From Bacteroidota bacterium (lineage in GTDB: Bacteria > Bacteroidota > Bacteroidia > NS11-12g > UBA955), in contig SXYY01000057.1 in NCBI GenBank assembly GCA_005788145.1, positions 1-41,257 on the forward strand: 41,257 bases of DNA, written 5' to 3'. Below are positions 18,666 through 28,566 of the stretch, piece by piece. The notes under the pieces are model-generated. The model was not told where the DNA came from. It did no database searches and was given only the letters and a program-made list of their open reading frames with translations. A program made the translations under genes and the position numbers. The stretch's first letter is position 1, and each line of letters opens with the position of its first letter.

Positions 18666-19511
18666 TTATCCATTGGGTAGCACAATCGCTTGAATAAAGC
18701 GGGGGTTATCAGACATGTCTCGAATAACCTCCGCTTCAGCGAAAGAGGCAAACAAATTTTTGGTTTCCTCAGCAAGGTATTGGTTGATTTCCAGCCAAAT
18801 GTGTAGGGGTTTGGTGCGTTGGGCCATCGCGGTTTCTGCGAGTAGTGCCATTTTTCGATAAAAAATCAACGGGTCGTTTTTCGGGGTGAACAAAGCGAGG
18901 TGCGGTTCGTGTTTGAGCACGTTGTCTGCCATGTCCTTGGCTTCTTTCAATTCTATGTAGGGTGGGTTCGACACCAATAAATCAATTTGGGGGGGTAAAC
19001 TATCCCAGTTTAAGAAATTGGACTGTTCGAGTTGCAATCGATCTTGAATTCCAACGTGGAATGCATTTTCAGCGGCCACATCCAGAGCGTCTTCACTCAC
19101 ATCCACCCCGGTGAATTTCCACAGGGGATTTTGGTGTAACAAATACATGGGAATACAACCACTGCCCGTCCCAATATCGAGTCCTTCAATGTTGGAGCCA
19201 TTGCTTGATTCCAAGGTTTGCTTTCTCTCGCAGATGAGGTGACAGAGTTCCTCTGTTTCAGGTCTGGGAATGAGGGTGGCGGGTGTAACTTTCAGTGTAA
19301 GCGGACCGAAGAAAGCTGCTTCAAAAATGTATTGAATTGGGATCTGCTGCTTGAGTTGTTCGCAAATCAGTTTCAAGGCCTGCAATCGATCAATTTCCGG
19401 CAAAGATTCACAATGTGGCAAAATCCAAAATTCAAAGGCCTTGATTTCATCCGCTGAAAACTGTGGCTGAAGGTTTTGATGGATGTGGGCTTGGATCAAC
19501 TGTCGGGTCAT
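18666..19511 (-). CDS. prmC: Release factor N5-glutamine methyltransferase
   Basis: LIPRPETEEL, DIGTGSGCI and SNPPY motifs. Confidence 0.93.
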   Translation of the reverse strand: MTRQLIQAHIHQNLQPQFSADEIKAFEFWILPHCESLPEIDRLQALKLICEQLKQQIPIQYIFEAAFFGPLTLKVTPATLIPRPETEELCHLICERKQTLESSNGSNIEGLDIGTGSGCIPMYLLHQNPLWKFTGVDVSEDALDVAAENAFHVGIQDRLQLEQSNFLNWDSLPPQIDLLVSNPPYIELKEAKDMADNVLKHEPHLALFTPKNDPLIFYRKMALLAETAMAQRTKPLHIWLEINQYLAEETKNLFASFAEAEVIRDMSDNPRFIQAIVLPNG

Positions 19512-19526
19512 GGGAACATTGATTGT

Positions 19527-22262
19527 CTATGGTTGATGGATGAGTACCAACCGCAAATTTTGACTGCAAATGTCTGCATCTGGGTGGAAAGCGTCTACAT
19601 GAAGTATATAATTTCCGCTGGGGAGCTGATTTTTCAATTGGTGGATGGGCACGAGGATGCTGCCTTGGTCAGATACCTGTAGCTTGGGGAAGTTAAGGGG
19701 TATGTTGCTGCCCATCATGGAATAGAGCGATAGCCGAACAACATAACCCGGCTTCTCCAGTGTGTGGCGAAGGGTAATATACTCGTCGTTTTGCACCAAG
19801 TAAACCATTTTCTCAAGGAAGAAAGGTTTTCTTCGTGGGTTGGTGCGGGCAGTGGCTGTTTGACTATTCGGTGCACCGGGCGTAGCATAGCCTGCTGTGA
19901 AGGTCGCACTGACCCAATGGTTGGTCTGATGCGATGGTGCATTGGGATGGGTTTTTTCCAAACTCACCCCTTTGTTGCTTGAAAGAATGGGTGTATGCAT
20001 GTTTTCGTTGTATTGCATTTCATCGAGGATATGGGTGGGATGGATCAATTGTAAAGTGGCTTCGTTGGCGGGCAAATTGGGAAAGTCATCGACTTTTTGG
20101 TGATGAAAAAAGTGAGAGGGACTGTTTGCCAATGCCAAGCGGTAGGGGTTGTTGCTGTAACAACGAATTTGTTGAGGATACAAAACGAAGGGTTGGCTTT
20201 GCAACATGGTGAGTGAAGCGACTTGTTGATCTTCGATGACCTTGAGTTGAAGTCCTTGTAGTTGAAGGGCTTTGTTGGATGTATTCACAACCTCAACATA
20301 ATCGGAAAGATGGTCAAAGGCATTGAACATGACTTCATTGAATTGGATGTCGCCCGGAAGGGACTGCGTTTCTGTGAAAGCCAATTTTTGCAGGGTATCC
20401 CTTAAGGGTTGTGCGTTGCAACTCGTGGCGTTTTTGATGACGATATTGACCCATTCACCGGAACTGAGGGGTGGCTGAATATGGTACTGATGGACTTTGT
20501 TTTGAATAGGTATGAAGGTGTGCGTTGTTGCGTCGCCGGTAGGATAGACATATGGCGTGGTCTGTGATGTGGGTTGCGTGAATTGAAGCCGGAGGGTGTC
20601 GTTGTGGGTGGCTGCGATGTAAGCCACTTGGAAGGGTATTTGGGTATTTGGTTCAGGCGATTTTACGCTAGGAAACGGCTTGGGCGGGTAATTCGGTAAG
20701 GAAGGGGTACCGCCTTCATGCGAATTGGAATACCATTGAAATAGGTCTAGGCAAGGGGCGGCGGTATCGGAGTGTTCCAGGCTATATCCGCCATTTTCAT
20801 AAGTTGGGTGATGCATCCACTGCTGGTACTGCAGTTGATGGACGATTTGCTGTTGGACATTGGTGAGGGTGAGGGTCTCCGATTCGATGTTGATGTAAGG
20901 CAGTTTACAGGGCAGGACGTTTGGAGTGGTCTGCATGAGGGCTGTATCACTCACATCGCACAGGGTAATTCGCTGATGGGGTTGCAAAAGGTATTTTGGT
21001 AGTTGAATGCTTGTTTGGGCATCGGATAGGGTTAGTTCGTTGAGCCAAAGTAGTTCATTGCTATTGTTTTTTAGTTCGATGTATTGCACCGGCGGGAGAT
21101 ATCCCAGGGTTGGGTTGGGGTCTGCCATGATTTCTGTAAACGTGATTTGGTATGGGGCCACGGGTGTGGCACATACTATAAAGGCTTTGCCTTGCTGCAG
21201 TGGTTGGATGTTTTTTGCACTGTCTTGGGCATTTTGTACATGAACAATATGTTCTCGGTTACAGGACTGTGGGGGGAATTTGACCCTAAGGATATTGGAG
21301 TTTGTATGATAGAAAGTGTCGGCTTGCTGAAAATTGCAAATGAGTTGATTTTTGTTTTCCAGGGCGATGGGTTCAGAGAAACCAAGTTGGGCCCACTCAG
21401 GTGATGTCCATTGGACGGATTTTAATGTGGGTGGGGTTTTGTCGGGGCGCGGCGGGGTTACGGAGTAGGTTGTGATTCTGTGTTTTTCCGCCGCGCCGCT
21501 ACCCGTTTGTGTTATGGAGAGCCCCACGTAGTTTCGGTTTATTTGTAGGGTGTCTATGGCCGCACAAAGGGTTCGATATTGCTCCCAACTGCTGTCTTTG
21601 TATAGGATGAGCATGAGGTTGTTTTGTTTCACCCAGCGCAGTGTGATGTTCGATTTTGGTTTGTTGAAATAGCCCGATTCACCTGTGCATTCCAGTCGGT
21701 CTTTGCCTGCTTTTCGTTCAATGAGTTTGAGTCCGTCCTCCACATCGCCCAGTCGCAGTATCCAACCATTTTGAAGGGCACTATCAAATCGGAACAATAC
21801 TTCCAAGAAATTGGCACTGCTGGGGTTGAAATCGAGGTATAGGTTGGTTTCCAACCATTGCAATGTGTCGGTACTGCACTGCAAGAACAAGTTGACGGTT
21901 TGTTTTGTGGAACTTGCGGGAATTTGACTTTGTATGCCGCTCGCGGTCCATTGAAATTGATTGGGATGTCCGAGTGCGCCCCCAGCAGCCAGGGTTAAAT
22001 CGCACTGTGCCCAAAGGCCATCGTTGGCCAATAGCAGCAGTGGTGCAAGCAATTGTAGGAGATTTTTAGGCGCGGTAAGGGCGGGCTTTTCAGCGACAAG
22101 GAATGGTTGCAGCCGCGAGGGCGAGGATTGGTAACCAAAGTACTTTGCGTGCCGAAACCAGCACAACGATAAACGGGTTGGGATGTTCTTTTTTACAAAG
22201 AATGTGTACACCGGCTGAATCCACGAGCAGTTTCCCCAGCCAAACAAAGGCCAATGTTTCAT
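19527..22262 (-). CDS. Secreted lamin-tail-domain protein (two LTDs, Ig-like segments); start uncertain
   Basis: ITFTEIMADPNP...YIELKN and IQFNEVMFN...DYVEVVN; GYSLE/GVSLE and GGTP/ATPG..NS; signal-like stretch only near 22070-22005. Confidence 0.75.
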   Translation of the reverse strand: MKHWPLFGWGNCSWIQPVYTFFVKKNIPTRLSLCWFRHAKYFGYQSSPSRLQPFLVAEKPALTAPKNLLQLLAPLLLLANDGLWAQCDLTLAAGGALGHPNQFQWTASGIQSQIPASSTKQTVNLFLQCSTDTLQWLETNLYLDFNPSSANFLEVLFRFDSALQNGWILRLGDVEDGLKLIERKAGKDRLECTGESGYFNKPKSNITLRWVKQNNLMLILYKDSSWEQYRTLCAAIDTLQINRNYVGLSITQTGSGAAEKHRITTYSVTPPRPDKTPPTLKSVQWTSPEWAQLGFSEPIALENKNQLICNFQQADTFYHTNSNILRVKFPPQSCNREHIVHVQNAQDSAKNIQPLQQGKAFIVCATPVAPYQITFTEIMADPNPTLGYLPPVQYIELKNNSNELLWLNELTLSDAQTSIQLPKYLLQPHQRITLCDVSDTALMQTTPNVLPCKLPYINIESETLTLTNVQQQIVHQLQYQQWMHHPTYENGGYSLEHSDTAAPCLDLFQWYSNSHEGGTPSLPNYPPKPFPSVKSPEPNTQIPFQVAYIAATHNDTLRLQFTQPTSQTTPYVYPTGDATTHTFIPIQNKVHQYHIQPPLSSGEWVNIVIKNATSCNAQPLRDTLQKLAFTETQSLPGDIQFNEVMFNAFDHLSDYVEVVNTSNKALQLQGLQLKVIEDQQVASLTMLQSQPFVLYPQQIRCYSNNPYRLALANSPSHFFHHQKVDDFPNLPANEATLQLIHPTHILDEMQYNENMHTPILSSNKGVSLEKTHPNAPSHQTNHWVSATFTAGYATPGAPNSQTATARTNPRRKPFFLEKMVYLVQNDEYITLRHTLEKPGYVVRLSLYSMMGSNIPLNFPKLQVSDQGSILVPIHQLKNQLPSGNYILHVDAFHPDADICSQNLRLVLIHQP

Positions 22263-22419
22263 ATGTGCCCCTATACACAGAGATTCCGGTTATCACCCAA
22301 AGCGAAATCATGAACAACCCCACCAAAGTCTGTTTTAACGCTGTTTTTTGTGTTTTTTACAAAAATGTTTTCGTCATCCAGCGCATCCGCTGATTGAAAA
22401 ACGACCGAAATTCGATGGT
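22066..22419 (-). pseudogene. 3' remnant of a GT2 glycosyltransferase gene
   Basis: One frame reads FFNQRMRWMTKTFL*...TM helices...IPCR*KARPY; QxxRW at 22392-22378; stops at 22359-22357 and 22092-22090; catalytic N-terminus absent. Confidence 0.7.
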
Positions 22420-22421
22420 GA

Positions 22422-22913
22422 TTATTTTAAACCGTGGGCGGCTAGGATTTTCTTCTCGATTTGGGTGGTTGAATAACCCGGTACAAAATCCAAAGTTTTG
22501 ACCTCCCCACCGTGCTGTAAAACCCATTCTGCCCCCACGATGTTTTCAATGGTATAGTCGGCCCCTTTCACAAGAATGTGTGGGGTGATAAATTCGATGA
22601 TTTCTTTTGGGGTGTCTTCGGTGAACAATACCACGCCGGTAACGAAGCCCAATGCTGCCATTACGCGGGCCCTTGAACTTGACGATTGCAGCGGTCTGGC
22701 GGGAGATTTTTCCAAGCGTTGAACACTTTCATCGGTGTTGAGTGCCACCAATAAACCATCGCCCAACAGAGACGCAGCTTCCAAGTAGTGAACATGGCCT
22801 GCATGCAGGATGTCAAAACAGCCATTGGTGAAGACCATTTTTTTGCCAACGGCACGGAATTGTGCAATCGCCTCTTTTGCTTGATCCCAGGTCCAAATTT
22901 TCTGATCAGTCAT
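22422..22913 (-). CDS. rfaE2: RfaE domain II-type adenylyl/cytidylyltransferase
   Basis: FTNGCFDILHAGHV, LVKGADY and STT motifs; ATG 22913. Confidence 0.9.
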   Translation of the reverse strand: MTDQKIWTWDQAKEAIAQFRAVGKKMVFTNGCFDILHAGHVHYLEAASLLGDGLLVALNTDESVQRLEKSPARPLQSSSSRARVMAALGFVTGVVLFTEDTPKEIIEFITPHILVKGADYTIENIVGAEWVLQHGGEVKTLDFVPGYSTTQIEKKILAAHGLK

Positions 22914-23892
22914 TGTTTGTGGCGGTGTTGCGGGTGGCCAAATAAAACAACAGATAGGCGATTCCCCCGAACACAATCATGAGCAAGTTACTGAAAGCCA
23001 CGGAAAAAATGCCAAAACTGTTGGCATGTACTTCGCTTAGGCCGTAAATGAGGGTTAATCCATAAGCCAGTGTGCCCCAAACTCCGGCTCCACCAGGAAT
23101 GGGTATGATGACGCCCAGCGAGGAGAAAATGACCACGCCCAAGGCATTGGCAATTGTGAGGTGCTCGGTGATATCTAGGCTCTGTAGGGTACAATAGGTA
23201 CTCAGCCAATAGCCAATCCAAATGCCATAAGAAGAAAGGATGAAAACCACGGGCTGTTTTAGGTGAAGAACTGATTGAAGTCCGGCGCGGAACTTTTCCA
23301 TGAGCGATGGTTCACCTTTGCCTTCGGTTTTTGGCTTGCGGGATTGCTGTTTTTTCAGGTATCGAACGCCGAAAATGCCCATCAATAAGATCATGGAGAT
23401 CGGGGTATAATACTTCGCCAATGGGGTGATGATGTACTGATCGAAGAAACCGTAGAATTCTTGAAATTGGATGCCCAAGCAGAGGAGGCAGAGCGACATC
23501 AAAACCAGCAAATCGATGATGCGTTCGGTTACTACTGAGCCTACCAAAGTGGGTAGGGGCGCTTTTTCGCTTTTTGCAGCCATGGCGCATCGCACAAATT
23601 CTCCGCCGCGGGAGGTGGCTACATTCACCAAATAGCCAATCATGACAGTGTAGAAGGCCCTGATTTTGTTGAGAGGGTACCCTGCGGGTTCAGTGAGCAT
23701 GTTCCATCGCCATCCCCTTAAATAATGGGCATAAAGCATGGTGATGGTCGCCCCCAATAGCCAATAAAGGTTGGCGTTTTTGACAGAATTGGCGGTTTGT
23801 TGCCAATCAATTTTAAACCCAATGGCTGTGAAGACGCCCGCTGCCAGCAGGATCATCAACACTTGGGAGACTATTTTTTTGTTGATTTTCAA
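22906..23892 (-). CDS. Lysylphosphatidylglycerol synthase TM-domain (flippase-like) protein
   Basis: R.WRW, RGGEFVR, ERIID and P.PGG.G motifs; multi-TM. Confidence 0.85.
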   Translation of the reverse strand: MKINKKIVSQVLMILLAAGVFTAIGFKIDWQQTANSVKNANLYWLLGATITMLYAHYLRGWRWNMLTEPAGYPLNKIRAFYTVMIGYLVNVATSRGGEFVRCAMAAKSEKAPLPTLVGSVVTERIIDLLVLMSLCLLCLGIQFQEFYGFFDQYIITPLAKYYTPISMILLMGIFGVRYLKKQQSRKPKTEGKGEPSLMEKFRAGLQSVLHLKQPVVFILSSYGIWIGYWLSTYCTLQSLDITEHLTIANALGVVIFSSLGVIIPIPGGAGVWGTLAYGLTLIYGLSEVHANSFGIFSVAFSNLLMIVFGGIAYLLFYLATRNTATNND

Positions 23893-24236
23893 ATGACTTG
23901 GTTGTTCCTGTCGGGAAACAAGTTTTTGGGTTGATGCACTTTGGCCTCCTCTGGGGTCATTTGTACGAAGGTCATGATGATGAGTTCATCGCCCACCTGA
24001 CCTTTTCGCGCCGCTGCGCCATTTAAACCAATGATGCCCGTTCCACGCTCACCTTTGATGATGTAGGTTTCAAATCGCTCGCCATTGTTGTTGTTCACAA
24101 TCAATACTTTTTGGTTGGCAATCATGCCGGCAGCGTCGATCAAATTTTCATCGATGGTGATGCTGCCCGTATAATTCAACTCCGTTTGGGTTAGGCGGAC
24201 GTTGTGGATTTTTGCTTGTAATACCTCAATAAACAT
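23889..24236 (-). CDS. panD: Aspartate 1-decarboxylase
   Basis: KIH, Y.GSITID self-cleavage site, NGERFETY, NGAAAR; TACCTTTG box at 24250-24243. Confidence 0.96.
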   Translation of the reverse strand: MFIEVLQAKIHNVRLTQTELNYTGSITIDENLIDAAGMIANQKVLIVNNNNGERFETYIIKGERGTGIIGLNGAAARKGQVGDELIIMTFVQMTPEEAKVHQPKNLFPDRNNQVI

Positions 24237-24277
24237 GCGATGCAAAGGTAGCAGGTTTTGATGTATTTTCGCGTCTT

Positions 24278-24883
24278 ATGCAATTTACATCAGGCATTGT
24301 TGAACAAGCGGTTGAAGCCCTTTCTTCGTTTCCGGGGATTGGAAAGCGCACAGCCCTTCGGTTGGTGATGTATTTGCTCAAACGTCCCGAAATGGAAGTG
24401 GCGCATTTGGCGGATGCTCTGCTGAAGCTGAAAACGGAGTTGCACCTTTGTGAGGTATGCGGCAATGTTAGCGATCACAAGCGATGCCATGTGTGTGTGA
24501 ATCCAAATCGGTCCGATGAGGTGATTTGTGTGGTGGAGGATTTCAGCGATTTGATGGCCATTGAATCAACGGCCCAGTTTAAGGGCAAATACCATGTATT
24601 GGGCGGTTTGATTTCTCCCATGGATGGTGTAGGTCCGGATGACTTAAATATCGTTTCTTTGTTGGGTCGGGTAGAAAATAGCTTGGTGGGTGAGGTAATG
24701 ATGGCCATGAGCGCCACGGTGGAAGGTGATACCACCATGTTTTACCTTGCCAAGAAACTCAAGCCCATGGGGGTGACGATTACTTGCATTGCCCGCGGAA
24801 TTGCAGTGGGTGGCGAAATTGAATATGCCGACGAGGTTACTTTGGGCAGGTCTATCGCCCAGAGAACAGAATATTTGTTGTAA
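24278..24883 (+). CDS. recR: Recombination mediator RecR
   Basis: PGIGKRTA HhH, C4 zinc finger, Toprim YHVLGG and EGDTT motifs. Confidence 0.96.
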   Translation: MQFTSGIVEQAVEALSSFPGIGKRTALRLVMYLLKRPEMEVAHLADALLKLKTELHLCEVCGNVSDHKRCHVCVNPNRSDEVICVVEDFSDLMAIESTAQFKGKYHVLGGLISPMDGVGPDDLNIVSLLGRVENSLVGEVMMAMSATVEGDTTMFYLAKKLKPMGVTITCIARGIAVGGEIEYADEVTLGRSIAQRTEYLL

Positions 24884-24900
24884 TTTGCTCGATTCACGCC

Positions 24901-26844
24901 ATGTTGCACAAATTATCGGTCGTCATCGTCAACTACAACGTCAAGTACTTCTTGGAACAGGCGTTGCGTTCGGTGGAAAAGGCCGTGGAGGACATGGATG
25001 CAGAAGTTTGGGTGGTCGACAACAACAGTGTAGACGGCAGCGTGGCCATGGTGCAAGAGAAGTTTCCGTGGGTGAAGGTGTTGGCGAACAAGGACAATGT
25101 GGGCTTTTCTCGGGCCAATAACCAAGCCATCAGAGAGAGCAACAGTGAGTATGTGTTGCTGTTGAATCCTGATACGGTGTTGCAAGAAGACAGTTTGTTG
25201 AAGTGTGTGGCCTACATGGATGCGCGTTCGGAAGTGGGTGCTTTGGGTGTTCGAATGATCGATGGCAAAGGAAAGTTTTTACCGGAGAGTAAGCGCGGTT
25301 TGCCGTCACCGGCAGTTGCGTTGTACAAAATGACGGGATTGAGCGGTTTGTTTCCCAAGTCAAGGATCTTTGGCCGCTATCACCTCAAATATTTGAGCGA
25401 ACACGAAACCCACGATGTGGATGTGTTGAGCGGTGCTTTCATGATGATGCGTTCATCGGCATTGGATCGGGTTGGGCTTTTGGATGAGGACTACTTCATG
25501 TACGGCGAGGATGTAGATTTGAGTTATCGGATTACATTGGGCGGGTACAAGAATGTCTATTTTGCGGGTACAACCATCATCCATTACAAGGGGGAGAGTA
25601 CCAAGCGAAAGAGCGCGAACTATGTGAAGGTGTTTTACAACGCGATGGTATTGTTTGCCAAAAAACACTACAGCAGTTCAATGGCTAGGTGGTTCGCATT
25701 TTTTATACAGATGGCCATTTATTTGCGGGCGGGGTTGGCGTTTTTTGCCCGTTTGGCGGAGCAAATTTGGTTGCCATTGCTTGATTTTATCTTGATCGTG
25801 GCGGGCTATGTGGGCATTGCGAAATATTGGGAATTGTACCACAAATTCGTGCGCGGATATTACCCGCCAGAGTTTTACGGGGTGCATATTCCGCTCTATG
25901 CCTTGGTGGTCCTTTTTATGGTATGGATTTCAGGCGGATACGATCGGATGATGGTGGCGAGGCGACTTTTCCGCGGTGGGACTATTGGCGCAGTGGTTTT
26001 GTTTGCGATGTATGCATTTTTCCCCCGAGAATGGCAATTTTCACGGGCCATTTTGGCATTGGGGTCGGCTTGGGCGCTGGGGTCTTTGTTCATTAACCGC
26101 GGCATGGCCCAGGCGTTAAAAGTGGGGGGTGTGCAGTTTGATCACGGAGGACGCAGAAAAGTGGTTTTGGTTGGTGGTGTGGAAGAGTGTGAACGAATAG
26201 AGCGATTGTTGAAGTTGGGACGGGTGAACCACGAAGTGCTGGGCTGGGTTTCAGTGAGCGATGCACAAGCCATGGGTTTCATGGGACATTTGGGTCAGTT
26301 GTCCGAGGTATTGGCCATCTATCAGCCTGATTTGGTGATTTTTAGTGGTAAGGATGTGCCCTCTACGGAGATTATGGCGCACATGATCGATTTTCAATCG
26401 CTGCCAGTTCAGGTGAAGATTGCGCCAGAGCGGAGTGAGACCATCATTGGTTCGGATTCAAAAAATCAACCGGGCGAGTTGTTTACGCTTGAGGTGAATT
26501 ATCATTTGGCCCAACAACACCATTTGAGGAACAAAAGGGTCTTCGATTTGATTTTGTCTGTCATTGTAATTCTGGGTGCTGGGTTATTGATTTTCAATGC
26601 CCGTGGCCGAAACCTCTTGTTTCAGTGCATGGGCGTGTTGTTTGGAAACAAAACATGGGTCGGATACAATCCCGCAGGGCTTTCGGTTAAGTTGCCCAAA
26701 ATCAAAGATTGTGTGTTGGATGTTTCCACGCCGTATCTCGGAACTGGGTTTGAGTCTGACGCGGCGTTGGCCTATGCCAGAGATTATGAAGTGAGCAAAG
26801 ATGCTTGGGTGTTTTGGCGGAATTTACTAGGAAAATCGGTCTAA
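24901..26844 (+). CDS. GT2 glycosyltransferase fused to TM and sugar-transferase-like C-terminal regions
   Basis: SVVIVNYN, VDNNS.D, LLNPD and YGEDVD motifs; then TM helices, Rossmann-like segment and KRVFD. Confidence 0.88.
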   Translation: MLHKLSVVIVNYNVKYFLEQALRSVEKAVEDMDAEVWVVDNNSVDGSVAMVQEKFPWVKVLANKDNVGFSRANNQAIRESNSEYVLLLNPDTVLQEDSLLKCVAYMDARSEVGALGVRMIDGKGKFLPESKRGLPSPAVALYKMTGLSGLFPKSRIFGRYHLKYLSEHETHDVDVLSGAFMMMRSSALDRVGLLDEDYFMYGEDVDLSYRITLGGYKNVYFAGTTIIHYKGESTKRKSANYVKVFYNAMVLFAKKHYSSSMARWFAFFIQMAIYLRAGLAFFARLAEQIWLPLLDFILIVAGYVGIAKYWELYHKFVRGYYPPEFYGVHIPLYALVVLFMVWISGGYDRMMVARRLFRGGTIGAVVLFAMYAFFPREWQFSRAILALGSAWALGSLFINRGMAQALKVGGVQFDHGGRRKVVLVGGVEECERIERLLKLGRVNHEVLGWVSVSDAQAMGFMGHLGQLSEVLAIYQPDLVIFSGKDVPSTEIMAHMIDFQSLPVQVKIAPERSETIIGSDSKNQPGELFTLEVNYHLAQQHHLRNKRVFDLILSVIVILGAGLLIFNARGRNLLFQCMGVLFGNKTWVGYNPAGLSVKLPKIKDCVLDVSTPYLGTGFESDAALAYARDYEVSKDAWVFWRNLLGKSV

Positions 26845-26859
26845 ATTTCGTATATTATC

Positions 26860-28026
26860 ATGAAGAAATCGGTCAATAGTTTGTATGAGTCGCGGAAGTT
26901 TATTCGCATCATATTGATGCTATTGTCCTTGGTGATCAGCATTACCACCTTGTATTTGAGTCAATTGCTCGTGGTGAAAATTGCGGGCGAGGAGAAGAAG
27001 AAAATGGAAATGTGGGCGGAGGCTGAGAGCATTCTTTCCGATCCATACAGCGAAGGAGATTTGGGATTTCAGTTGCGCGTTGTGCAATCGAATACCACCA
27101 TCCCTGCCATTTTGGTGGACGAAAAGGGGAATATCCGTCAGACGGTGAATGTGGACACTGTGGGAAAATCCCCGGGATTTCTGCAGCGAAAATTGGAGGA
27201 TTTTAAGTTGGAGAATGAGCCAATTGTGGTGCCTGTGGATGAGAAGACCGATTATCGGGTGTATTATGGCAGCAGTACGGTGCTCACCCAATTGCAGTAT
27301 TATCCGTACGTGGTTTTGGGGATTGTGGCGCTGTTTATGTTTGTGAGTTATGCAGCGTTTTCTTACTCAACCCGAAGTGAACAGAACAAGGTTTGGGTTG
27401 GTTTGGCGAAGGAGACTGCCCACCAGTTGGGGACACCAATTTCGAGTTTGATGGGTTGGGTACAGGTGATGGAGATGGGTGAGCTTCCAGAGAATGCGGG
27501 GGTTGAGATGCGAAAGGATATCGACCGTTTGAACATCATCACAGAGCGATTCTCAAAAATTGGCAGTGAGCCAGTACTTGAAGATCTGGATTTGAATGAA
27601 GTGGTGCTGGAGGCAATGAATTACATGAAAAATCGCTCAGGAAAAGGAATTCAATTTGAGTCGAGCTATTGGGGTCATCCGGTGGTTTGTTCAATCAACA
27701 AAAACCTCTTCCATTGGGTGATTGAAAATTTGGTGAAGAACAGCATCGACGCGATGGATGGCGAGGGTAGACTCACCTGTTCGGTGAAGCAATTGAAGCA
27801 CAAAGCAGTGGTGGATATTACAGATACCGGCAAAGGAATTCCAAGCAATCAGATGAAATCGGTGTTCAAACCCGGGTATACCACCAAAAAGCGGGGATGG
27901 GGATTGGGCTTGTCTTTGGCGAAGCGAATCATCACCGATTACCACAGGGGAGAAATCTATGTAAAGGAAAGTGTGCCGTTGGAGCGAACCACCATCCGGA
28001 TTGTTTTGACCGCCGTGGTTCGATGA
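26860..28026 (+). CDS. Membrane sensor histidine kinase
   Basis: Two TMs; ETAHQLGTP H-box; ENLVKNSIDA, DTGKG and GWGLGL boxes. Confidence 0.93.
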   Translation: MKKSVNSLYESRKFIRIILMLLSLVISITTLYLSQLLVVKIAGEEKKKMEMWAEAESILSDPYSEGDLGFQLRVVQSNTTIPAILVDEKGNIRQTVNVDTVGKSPGFLQRKLEDFKLENEPIVVPVDEKTDYRVYYGSSTVLTQLQYYPYVVLGIVALFMFVSYAAFSYSTRSEQNKVWVGLAKETAHQLGTPISSLMGWVQVMEMGELPENAGVEMRKDIDRLNIITERFSKIGSEPVLEDLDLNEVVLEAMNYMKNRSGKGIQFESSYWGHPVVCSINKNLFHWVIENLVKNSIDAMDGEGRLTCSVKQLKHKAVVDITDTGKGIPSNQMKSVFKPGYTTKKRGWGLGLSLAKRIITDYHRGEIYVKESVPLERTTIRIVLTAVVR

Positions 28027-28081
28027 GTAGGGGTGCCTTGGGGTCGTTGGCGGTGTGACAGAATTTCGGTAAGTTTGAAAT

Positions 28082-28561
28082 ATGATACAGCGAATTCAAA
28101 CCGTTTATTTATTTGCAGTGTTTGCCATTGGGTTGGTATTGATTTGGCAAGATCCGGTGTACGCTTGGTTCGATGGAGTGAATGAGCCAAGTTCGTATGT
28201 GCTGATGTTTTGGAACAGTTACGTTGGATCCGCCCCGGGGAATAATGTGTTGTATACTGCTGACTTGATGACGATGTTCGTTTCTTTATCGGCGATGGCG
28301 GTAAGTATCTTGTCGATTTTCTTTTTCAAAAACCGCAAATTTCAAATGAAGATGGTGATGGGTGCAACGTTGTTGTGTGTGATGGTGTTGGTGGTCATGT
28401 TGGCGCGGTATTATATCATTAAGTTGGGTCACCCAGAATTTGTGGGTCATTTGGGCATTCCGTTGATATGGCCTGGGTTGATGGCGATTTCGGGGTACAT
28501 GGCTTATCGCGGTGTGAGGGCCGATGAGCAGATGGTACGCAGTATGGATCGCATACGTTGA
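28082..28561 (+). CDS. DUF4293 family membrane protein
   Basis: MIQRIQTVYL start, FKNRK.Q, and DE.MVRSMDRIR end. Confidence 0.88.
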   Translation: MIQRIQTVYLFAVFAIGLVLIWQDPVYAWFDGVNEPSSYVLMFWNSYVGSAPGNNVLYTADLMTMFVSLSAMAVSILSIFFFKNRKFQMKMVMGATLLCVMVLVVMLARYYIIKLGHPEFVGHLGIPLIWPGLMAISGYMAYRGVRADEQMVRSMDRIR

Positions 28562-28566
28562 CGCGA

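Noticed and set aside
22090-22092. TGA recoding as Trp (alternative genetic code)
   Set aside because: rplM, dusB and other genes end in TGA, and the same frame also contains a TAA; pseudogenisation explains it better
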